A stretch of 64,000 nucleotides of DNA from Takakia lepidozioides. Taxonomy: Eukaryota > Plantae > Bryophyta. The DNA lies in NCBI GenBank assembly GCA_030704615.1, contig CM060733.1:17236001-17300000 (forward strand). Reading direction: 5' to 3'. The translations under genes and the position numbers were made by a program. Position 1 is the first letter of the stretch, and every line of letters starts with the position of its first letter. The notes beneath the pieces are model-generated. The model saw only the letters and a program-made list of their open reading frames with translations. It was not told the origin of the DNA and made no database searches. Positions 25,978 through 36,759 of the stretch are shown piece by piece.

Positions 25978-27655
25978 CTATTAGTCGGCGTCGACTTATC
26001 TTCGACTATAAACACAAAAAATCAGTTTGGGTTGAAGTTCACCAGAGAATGGGAAAAAAAAAAAAAAAAAAAAACTATTACTCGGCGCCGTCTTATCTTC
26101 AACTATGAACACAAAATAACAATTTGGATTTAAAGTTGGCATTGACTTTAACGATGGGAGGGAAAAAAAAACAAAAAAAACTATTAGTCGGCGCCGACTG
26201 ATCTTCGACTATGAACACAAAAAATCAGTTTGGGTTTAAGGTCGGCACCGACTTTAACCAAGGGAGGGAAAAATAAAATAAAAAACGGCGCCAACTTATC
26301 TGCGATTATGAACACAAAAAATCAGCTTGGGTTTAAAGTCGGCACCGACTATAACCAAAGGAAGAAATTAAAAATAAAATAAAATAAAACTATTAGTCGG
26401 CGCCATCTTATCCTCGATTATGAACCCCAAAAATCAGCTTAGGTTTAAAGTCGGCACTGACTTTAACCAAAGGAGCCAAAAAAAGAATTAATAAATTAAT
26501 AAATTAATAAAAACTATTAGTTGGCGCCGACTGTGAACTGGAACAATCAGCTTGGGTCTAAAGTCGGCACCGACTTTTAACAAAAGGAGCAAAGAAAAAA
26601 GAAAAAAGTAAAAACTATTAGTTGGCGCCGACTTATCTTCGATTATGAACACAAAAAACCAGCTTGGGTTTAAAGTCGGCACCAACTTTAACGATGGGAA
26701 CTTTATACCCATGAGCATGAGCAAAAATATTCATGAGCAAAGATAAAAACAACATTATTTGGATGAAATATAGTATTTGCTTTAGAATCTTGATTTACTC
26801 GGCGCCGACTTATAGGTTTTCTTTTTTTTTTAAAGAAAAAAGTGATTTTTTGTGTTCAAACTTGAATAAGTCGACGCCGATTTATAGTTTGTTTGGTTTT
26901 TTTTTTTCGGTTTTTTTGCTCCCATCGTTAAAGTCGGTGCCGACTTTAAACCGACACTGATTTTTTGTGTTCATAGTCGAAGATAAGTCGGCGCCGACTA
27001 ATAGTTTTTTTTTTTTTTTTTTTTTTTTCCCCTCCCATCATTAAAGTCGGTGCCGACTTTAAACACACAAGTCGAAGATAAGTCGGTGCCGACTTTTTTT
27101 TTTTTTAAAAATTTTTTTTTTTGTGTTTTTCTCCCATCGTTAAAGTTGGTGCCGACTTTAAACCCACATTGATTTTTTGTGTTCATAGTCGAAGATAAGT
27201 TGGCGCCGACTTATAGTTTTTTTTTTTTTTCCTCCCATCATTAAAGTCGGTGCCGACTTTAAACACACACTGGTTTTTTTATGTTCATAGTCAAAGATAA
27301 GTCGGTGCCGACTTATATATATATATATATATATATCTTTTTTGTGTTTTTCTCCCTTCGTTAAAGTCGGTGCCGACTTTAAACCCACACTGATTTTTTT
27401 TTCCTTGTCGAAGATAAGTCGGCGCCGACTTATAGGTTTTTCTCTTTCTTTCTTTATTTCTTTCCCTCTCTTTGATAAACTTTAACCCAAACTGATTTGT
27501 ATATTCTTAGTCGTCGGCACAGACTTCTAATTTATTTAGTTTAATATTCTGTTTTTTGCTTCTGATAAACTTTAACCCAAATTGATTTTTTGTGTTCATA
27601 ATCGGAGATAAGTCTGATACCCATACCACACCAACATTGGTCGGCACCGACTTAT
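25978..27655. repeat. Palindrome-bearing tandem array in two oppositely oriented blocks (foldback)
   Basis: ~100-115 bp units, each with AGTCGGCGCCGACT and AAAGTCGGCACCGACTTT. Block 25978-26700 has poly-A spacers; block ~26797-27655 is its reverse complement with poly-T. Confidence 0.92.
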
Positions 27656-27914
27656 AATTTGCTTATTCCAATAAGTCTAAGATTAATATTTTGTCCACTA
27701 TCAGCTATCTAGTTGGTTCTGAGTCTAGAATTGCAGCGACAAACTTGCATTTCTGGTAGTATCCTCAATCAGTCCGCTAGTCTACAACTCGTAATAGAAC
27801 TAGGTATGTTTTTTTTTTGTTTAAGTCAAATACATTGCCTCCATAGGCCACTGATCTACGTCATCATGGACACTGAGCTTCTCTGTCTGGCCTATCTATA
27901 TGGTCTCAGATCCG

Positions 27915-28490
27915 ATGCCGGTAGAGAGGGCATGACCCATTAAGCTACACCCATGTGTCAAAGTATGGAGTGTGGAATGAATGGAGCACTCACTCAGTAT
28001 GCATACGGACTCTCCAGCTACTGGTGTCTCTAGGCAAATTGTGCATGGTTCCAATGCCCTTGTTTCCGCCGGCACAACAGACTCCGGAGCCGACTCTTCA
28101 ACGATGTCAATGGAAACACCAATCCAGTGCAAATCCTCCTCTTCATTAACCTCCATCTCCTCATCGTCACCTCCTTCCTCATCCTCCATCCCCACGTTTT
28201 CATCAGCGTCTGACTCCTCTAAATCAATGCTGCATTCCTCTTCAGCTGGAGCGTTCTCATTTTGCGACTGCATAAGCAACAAAGCCTCATATTCCTGCCT
28301 GACAACACACTCGGCGATATTGTCGAGATAAGGAGTCCACCACGATTCGGAAACAGGCATGTCCTCCCCGTCGCCCTCCACAGCACGGCTGCTGCTGCTT
28401 GCATCCACATTGGCAGCAGGCCTGTCTTCCCCGTCGCCCTCCATAGCACGGCTGCTGCCGCCTGCATCCACACTGGCAGCGTCCATCTTA
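27915..28490 (-). pseudogene. Acidic-region + RING-H2 finger pseudogene fragment
   Basis: CTICLETPVAGESVCILSEC then, after a frameshift, HSFHTPYFDTWV*LNGSCPLYR; 63-bp internal duplication at the N-terminus. Confidence 0.7.
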
Positions 28491-29869
28491 GCTAAACAGA
28501 CAAAATGACTAACAACAAACTTGATTTTGAGCTGCCAACACTGTGCCTGTAATCGTTGCAGACATTCCTTAACCAGCCAGCGCATAATCGGCGTCGTGAA
28601 TGACATAACCTAGCCGGCCCAAAACACCAGGAATCACTGTCTTTCGGATCTTACTTGTGCTCAAAAAATATATATATATATATTACAAACGGTCCAATTC
28701 CCGCGGTCCAATTCCCGCGGCCCTATTCCTGCGGCCTCATTCTCCTCTTATGCCTGTAATCGTTGCCGACTATGTAGGTTCGGCAGTTGCCGAACCTGCT
28801 TTTTCCGAACCGAGGGCAAACTTCTAGGCCACATTATGATGCAGCACCTCGCACTTTTTGACATGAAAAACAATTAAAATTAGGTCGAGGAAGGGCTAAA
28901 TTCCAGAAATATTCCCTAAAAATTCTCTGGTCATGCTTATATGTGCTCATGCTCATGCTCACCGCTCATTCAAAGTACACACCCCTTCTTTGTTTTGTAC
29001 GTGAGCTCCGCCCGTATGCAGATTGGGTTGTTGTCTGTCTTTGCTTGACAATACGCAACTTCGTAACCTTCTCGCCTACTCCACTATCTGATGGGAGCTG
29101 AGCCTCGTGCTTCCTTCGATCAGAACATTGTGCTATTCTCATGTATACTGCCCCTGGTTTCCATTCTTGTTGTCTCAAGTGCCTCAGCCTGCGGTTGTTC
29201 CGTTTGGCTTTGTGGTGTTTCTGTTGACCTAGCCATTGGCTGTTGGCTCTGCGGCCATTATGGGGTTTGCCGCGTTTAGCTCTGGCTTCTGGCCTTAGCA
29301 CGCCCTGCCATGGCGATAAGGCGTGTAGTGCACAACTTTCTTCATCAATTAAATTCGCTTGCATTTGACCCTGTATGTTCTTGCTATTTCCCTGGAAACG
29401 CTCATCAGCATCGCCTCCTTCCTCTGCACCTTTCGCATACACTCCGTTGTTTTGAAGTACAATGGCGCCGACTCTATATCTCGACCTCTCTCTCATGGAG
29501 TAGTCGCTGCGGGTTCTGCCACTCTGTTTAGCCATAACTAAGATATCGGGCTGTCTAAGAAATAATCAAGAAGCCTACTACTTTGCAGTTCTTGATAGTG
29601 GTTGGCCTAACTTAGCTATCTAGCGGGTGCATTAGAGAAGAAATTGAAATGGCTAAGTCCTACACAGCTACGGCATCAGCGTTACTTGGAGCCCTCGTGT
29701 AGCGCTTGAGACCACAGTCCACACTGTGAGTCGATTTATCCAACGGTTGTTGATAGTGCAGTGCCTAATCACAAATTGCTTGTGGGAAATTCGCACTCTA
29801 CTTCGCCCTTACAGGATTTCTCATCACCCGAAGCTCAAAGTTCAGAACCTCCTAGATCTCGGGCTCCTT

Positions 29870-32330
29870 CTACCCGTCTCAGAGATTATTTCATATTCAA
29901 CACTGAACATAGTCCAAGCAATTTTGACAAACCTAGCACTTTTGCAGAGGCAGCTTCCAACCCAGGTTGGATATAGGCCATGGAGCAGGAAATGACCTCA
30001 ATTTATCAGACAACACATGGTCCCTCACAGATTTAGAAGTCTTGTACTAGGGTAAGTGAATCGTGGTACCATGAGTGGCGACTGACAGAGGGCAACTTGC
30101 CCAAGGTGCTGGTCTTGAGTCACAGCTCTGCGCCTGTGGGGGCAGGGGCATGGATAGCTAAAGAAGCAGGGATAGAGTGCAATGCTGGTGAATTGGCCAT
30201 GAGTGGTCCGGTTGGTGAGAGAATGCCAGCAGGGGTACCCCATCAACCTGAAGATAAAAGTACAACAGTTGGTGAGGCTTGAGATCATGTGCAACAAGGC
30301 ATTGTAAAGTGAAGAGTACATACCTGGGAATGGGTTTGCATTAACATGATATGACATTGAGTAGGTGTGGCTAGGCTGATTGCAGTGGCACGCTTTGATG
30401 TGGTAGATGCGTGGGGTTTCGGGATATATCTGTAAAACACAACACTTTATATCAGTGGGGGTGGGGGTAGATACAATAGTGGTGGGCAAGTGATCAACAT
30501 CTGCTGCTTGGTAGGGCAACTTCATAGCCTCAAAGGCGTGCTGTTGAGCCCATGTGTGAGATACAACAGCAGAAAGTAAAGAGTAAGCACGAACATGTGA
30601 CAGGGTGTGTGACCAGTAATCAGAGAGACATTGAATGGTCAGAAAATGCAGGCAAAACTTGGCCCATTGACACCAAATGGGTGTACAAAGTGAAGGAAGG
30701 AACTGTAGGACAACCTCTCAAATTGACAGCCAGAATTGTGGCAAAGGGGTATGAACAACGTGCAGGCATAGATTATGACGAAACTTTTGCCCCAGTGGCG
30801 AGATGGAGCACCATTCGAGGTATAATCATTGCTCTGGCTGCTAGCAACAAATGGGACATTCTTCACATGGATGTGAAGACAACGTTTTTAAATGGCGACC
30901 TAAAGGAAGAAGTTTACATTCTTCAACCTCCAGGTTTCGTGGTTGCGGGCGCTGAGCACAAGGTTTGCAGGCTTCATAAGGTACTCTATGGCCTTCGACA
31001 AGCCTCGAGAGCCTGGTATGACAAATTCGACACTTACCTTCGTTCACAAGGTTTAACATTAAATTGTCATTCTGATCCCAACCTTTACTATCTCTACGAG
31101 AATGGTCTCCTCTTACTTCTTGTTATCTATGTCGATGACTTACTTCTCACAGCCAGCCATACGTCAAAGAATTAGTTGGCTTCGAGAACAATTGTCAAGC
31201 AGATTCGCCATGTCTCTTTTAGGTCTACTCAACCATTTCGTCTATCTTGGCGTTGAGTTACATTGTGGCTCCTGGGGTATCCTTATGTCTCACAGGAAGT
31301 TCATCATGAAATGTCTTGCGGACGTTGGTATGTCCCATTGTAGTCCTTCGACCCCTACTCCCTTACCCGAAGGACTCAAACTTTCTCTTGACATGTCTGC
31401 CCCGCTTGTTGATCCCACCGAGTACCGATGTTTAGTTGGAAATTGCTCCACATCACCCACACACGACCAGGCATATGTTTTGCAGTGGGGCTTGTTTCTC
31501 GGTACATGCAATCCCCTCAACAACCTCACCTGGATGCTGCCAAACATGTATTTTGATATCTACAGGGCACCATCGACCTTGTTGTCGTTTATCGAAGGGG
31601 GGAATCGTCTGTCCCAAACGGTTATGTCGACTCCGACTACGCTGGTGACCTAGATGGGAGAAAATCCACCACAGGGTACGTTGTTACTCTTGGCAATGGC
31701 CCAATTTCATGGAGAACAAAAAGCAGGGTTGTGTAGCTAAGTCTTCTACAGAGGCAGAATATATGGCCCTATCGGAAGCAGCTTGTGAAGCCATTTGGAT
31801 CAGAAGGTTGCTTAGTGAAATCAAGGCCAGAAATGATTCACCAGTGCTCATCAGCTGTGACAACCAAAGTTCTATAAAGATGGCCTTGAATTCAATCCCC
31901 CCAGACCGGACTAAGCACATTGATGTGGCACATCATTTCATCAGAGAAACGCAAAAGGAAGGAAAGACAGAACTGGCATACATTCCAACGAGAGACCGGA
32001 TCGCTGACATATTCACAAACCGTTGGGCCGAATTCACTTCATGCGACTTAGAGATAAATTGAGCCTGGTGGACATGTCGGCGATAATCTTCAAGTGAATT
32101 TTTCTGCTTTGCATCTTCTCTCCTCGATTTCTTCTCTGTTAATTCTTCTCTTTCGTCATCCTAGCATGGTGTGACTAGTCACTGTCACAAGAACGTCGTT
32201 TTCTAATTCATAGTGGTCATACTCTTTTCACAACGTTAGTCTCTTCAATTTCGATCCATGTGTCAAAGCTCATACTGTAGAAGGAACTCAGGTTTTTTTG
32301 TGAACTGAAGTTAGGTGCAAGGGGGGGTGT
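29870..32330 (+). mobile_element. Ty1/copia remnant (RT + RNaseH), interrupted by ~610-bp insertion
   Basis: [87 protein letters not shown] before TGTAGG at 32328. Confidence 0.92.
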
Positions 32331-33376
32331 AGGATTCATACACCTGACTTCGGGTACAAGGAGTTAGTTTTGTAGGTACAGACCCTTCAGTTTGGGTAGG
32401 TCTGTAGTTCAACGGAAGGGTCATGATTATTAGTAGCTGGTGGTTCCCAGCCAAACTGTATATCTCCCAGCTCGTTAATCTAAGACTGACAGTTGCGCTG
32501 ATAACTTTTCTATGTCCTTCAATTGTGTCTTTACAGTGCATTATGGACGTTGACACTCACAGTAAAACGGTTTTGTTGCCCAGCGTTGCACCCGCTCCCC
32601 CGCGTACGAGCGCAGCGCAACGATGGACAACCCAAAACTAGAGTATAGTTTCACTATTTATTGAAAGTTGACGGAAAACGATATGGGATATATATGAGAA
32701 TGATAGTGTTTTATTTGCATACTCCTGCAAGTCGGCAAAGCTTCCCAATCAGTTTTTTTTTTTTTTTTTTTTTTTTTTCTCCCTTTGCTTTTTACCCCCC
32801 AGTCTGACTGATCAATGAATATGTTTTTGTGTTTGCTCATGGTACTGAAAATCCCAAATAGCCCTATAATCGCAGCTTCCAAGGTCCATGCCATCAATGT
32901 CCAAATTGGTTGTAGTCTCTGACGGATTGGAGATGAAAGTGGGTAAGAGGAGGGAGAGAGTGGAGAGGGTGACATGAGCAATAAGAGGTCCATTGGAAGC
33001 TTTGAGAGCAACAAGAGAAAGATTTGGAATAGTGGACATTTGGAAAGGGAAGAGGGTATAAGTTAGGGGTTGTTGTTGATGGAGGTCACTCAAGGGGGGG
33101 GTTTCACTATATGTATTTTTTTCATATCACTTGCGTACAAAGGTATATTTTACTAGGCTAAATTTTTAAAAATTTGTATTTTTTTCCACCCTATCTTTAG
33201 GTAATATTGTAAAACCCTTTGTTTCTAACACCCCATTTTCTTTATAATTTTTTTTGCAACAATTAGTTAGACCCCATTTTAAATTATCCTTTTAAATAAT
33301 TGCAAAATTTCAAAGCATGTACACAAACAAGTACATTCCATATAACATAAGTCAAATGCCAGACCCAAGAAAATGT

Positions 33377-33543
33377 TTAATTTTCATTAGCCACGAACTC
33401 ATTCAAAGCCGAAGCATCACTTGGATCTAAAGAATACAAGTGTTGAGATGGTTCAAATGCCATAGTCACTGTTGAGATTATGGTATCAACATCAATCGAG
33501 TGTGTATCACTAGAATCATATTTGAACTTCAGGTGACCTCTAC
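33377..33543 (-). other. Apparent terminal coding exon of unknown gene
   Basis: AG acceptor, then open frame RGHLKFKYDSSDTHSIDVDTIISTVTMAFEPSQHLYSLDPSDASALNEFVANEN*. Confidence 0.4.
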
Positions 33544-34563
33544 CTGATTTCATCTTGATAGATTACAACTGGATGAAATATGAGAAACTTCACAAGGATG
33601 GATACATTATATTGTAGATAAAACCCTTTATTACATTAAATTTTTAAGGAAAACTCTGGATTTTTTGGGATTCATTTTCTAAAAGAACTGGGTGAAAGGA
33701 TATTGCCTTACCATATTTTCTAAGTAAATTTTCTCTAAATTTACTTCAAAAAAATAAATTGCACCCTATATTTATTCTCACTTGGTTTTGAAAATCTTTA
33801 GCCAAAATGAGGATTCTGGAGAGAATTGGAACAATGACACAGCAGACGTACCAAATGCTAAGAGAGCTTTGAACAGATAGTTACCTCTCACCCTATTTTT
33901 ATCTTTTGAATGAACATATGTAAAACTGTGAAAAGTTCCGTAATTCACTCATGTATTCAATTTAGAGGTTGGTGCGCAACTCTACATCGTTTTTCGAGTT
34001 TATTGAAACGTCAGGCACTCGTTAGCCCAGTTTTCAGATGTATAATGAGAACATCACATCCTTCATTGAGTTGGGTTGTCTTGAAAGCAAGAAAGCAACT
34101 ACCTCAAGAATAAATTTTGGTTTTTTTTTTGTTTTTCTTAGTAGGTGCACTACGTGTCTGCATCAGGATGGTCATGCGAGACTGATTGCCTAAATTGTCC
34201 TGGACGGCCGAGATCTAGGGTTTGGAACGGCAAGGGGTCTGGCTGCCACTACTCCCGCCTCTAATCTCCCTTCCCGTGGTTTCTTCTTTCTCTCGCATGT
34301 TGCCTCGCGCGCGTTGCTTGCAGGTTGCCGTTGGCGTTGTGATCGTGCTGGAGGTGCTCGTTGTGTGAGATTCTCTTGCAGGGTACCGTTGCGGTCGGCT
34401 TGCCGTCCGCTTGAGCTTGTCGTCTTCTTGAATCCTTGGCACTTCAGGCTACAAAACTGTTGGCCTTTGTTTGCTTTCATCTTTCTATTGCCTTGCATTG
34501 TTGAGCATTGGGGCTCGGAGTGAGCTTGGCTTGAACAAAGGTGGCTGCTGTCAGTGAGGTGTT

Positions 34564-35900
34564 ATGGCTACATTCAATTCTCCTCCCCCTGTTCCACAAC
34601 ACTTAGCTAGAGAGGCCCAAACGATAGCTGAATGGGCGAGAGGCCTAGGGGCGAATGAGGAGCAAGTTGCACAGCTTGTAGGGGCCCTCAACAAAGACTA
34701 CTTAGTGTCCATGAAGCGCCCTGCAAGAATCACTTGGCCTGCATGTCCTCTACCTGCGAATTTTTGCTACTTGTGGCGTCGTCAGGCTGCTGAAGTGCTG
34801 GGGTGGGTTGAAATGACGGAGGAGGGGCATTCCTCAGGGTTCTCTGCCTCTATCAACGACCTGCTGAGGGAATATGTGTGGCCTGACTTTGCTGTGTCTT
34901 CTGCAAGTAGCCAAGATGATGCTCAAAGTGTTGGCAAGGTCACTAGGTAAGTCCACTTCCTCACCTGCAAATGAATTTGAAACGGAAGCACAATGTCAGG
35001 AGCAATATGAATCACCTGTGAGTCTATTTGCAGGGGAATCATTTGACTTGCCCCCTGCCTCCTATTCATTGAGGAGCTCTCAGGTTGAGCACCATGATTT
35101 GGCTGGTCATAGCCAAATCCTTCAAGAATTAGGGGTGGTGGGGCAAACTGTCAAAATTCGATTTGGGGATTTGACTTTGCCCGATGTGGCATCTTCCTCC
35201 ACCCCCCCTATTTGGCTTTATGGCACTGTACTCGAGACTACATGGGACATCATGGCAGAGGTGGAATTCTGGCTTGTATCATTTTTCTGTGTTGTAGGCG
35301 TGCACTCTGTATCCTCCCACCTGTGTGAATTGGTAGATATAGATGGCGCGTTGCCTTGTTCAATGGAAGACATGTTAGGGGTGGATGCGTCTGTTATGAA
35401 TTCGGACAGTGAGGGGTCAGTTAGCGATGAGTCTGATTCAGATTTCAATCCAGAGGAGGAGGTAAGGACTAATCCTGCTGCTGCTGTTGAGCTTGATTTA
35501 TGGGATTTCTGTGTGGACACTGGAATGCCTACTCATGAGCTTGGTTTGTACAACCTGCCAAAAAATTGGGAAGAGTGGGAAACAATAGACAGGTTTAGAG
35601 ATGACATGTGGAATAGTATTGAACAAACACTGCCAGAGGTAAGATGGACTGGGGGGGCAAGTGGAGGAGAACTCCATTGGCAGACAATGCACTGCATGTG
35701 GATTTCTTCAACCTGTTTTGGCCAGTTGCTGTCATGCGTAAGATCTGCATACAAACCAACTTATACACTGTTCAAGTGAACTCTAAAGGTAAGCATAAGG
35801 GCATGAAAATGTGGTATCCATTGACTGTCAAGGCGCTCAGAGCATGGTTGGCTGTCCATATCCTCATGATGGGAATTAAGAAATTGCCTAACACTAGGCG
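34564..35900 (+). pseudogene. piggyBac-like (DDE_Tnp_1_7) transposase, N-terminal fragment
   Basis: Acidic N-terminal tract (SDESDSDFNPEEE), then DFFNLFWP..MRKICIQTNLY...WYPLTVKALRAWLAVHILMMGIKKLP, typical of the start of the piggyBac core. Truncated before the DDD triad. Confidence 0.72.
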
Positions 35901-36179
35901 GGCTGCTATTCCTTGAGCCTGGAGGCATAGACTCACGCCACGTCAGCATGCTAGAGCGAACATGCAGGGCCTATTACCGCGGGAGGCACCTATTACCGCC
36001 GATTGATTAGCCCTTTCCAGGCATTGCAGACTGGATGTGTTTCATCCATTGTATCCATACTTTCTATCCATTTAGACGTTATTAACACACCAAGCCCTTG
36101 CATGGGAATGTGGCTACGTCGTGAGCACAGCTTGTAGGCACCCATTCTTTGCATGTGAAGATGCTTCGTGAGGCAGGCA

Positions 36180-36600
36180 GACTGGAAGAGGCTCTTCAAA
36201 CTTTGAACCAAGGAGGCATTGCAGCAGATCCACATATATATGTCTGTCTTTTGCTCTAGTGTGCATCAGGATAAAAGGCCCGGAAGCTGGAAAGTAGGTG
36301 CACACTCCCATCATCCAAAGCGGATCCCTACGAAATATTTTCTTACTCACCACCCTTGCGAACATGTATGGTAAGTGCGGGAGCATCATGGATACTCACC
36401 GAGTGTTCAGAAGAATGCCTAAACGATCTTTGATCACGTGGACTTTAATGTTGGCAGGATTTACCAAGCATTGTTGTGGCAGGAATGGTTTGGAGACCTA
36501 CGAGCAAATGATGTGAGAATGGGTGAAGCCCAACCCCATCATGTTTGTTTGTTTTTGCAATGCGTGTGCAAGCCTGTGAGCTCCGGAAAACACTAAAGAG
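36180..36600 (+). pseudogene. PLS-class PPR fragment
   Basis: TTLANMYGKCGSIMDTHRVFRRMPKRSLITWTLMLAGF. Confidence 0.85.
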
Positions 36601-36759
36601 ATTGAAGGAACAATCCGGGCAGTCCATGCAACCCCCCTCTCCAAAAAAAATTTGTTCCCAGGAATTCGCATCCCACGTACACATTGCAAACATGACAACA
36701 TGGACACACAACCATCTCATTTCAAAATTGGCCCCGAATAAAAGCAAAAGAAAACTTGA

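Noticed and set aside
25978-27655. CRISPR or REP-type array
   Set aside because: Inter-palindrome sequence is itself repeated and homopolymer-rich; no unique spacers.
32648-33110. Retroposed insertion bounded by GTTTCACTAT direct repeats with a poly-T tract
   Set aside because: The poly-T (~32753-32778) is ~95 bp inside the putative TSD rather than adjacent, so boundaries cannot be supported.
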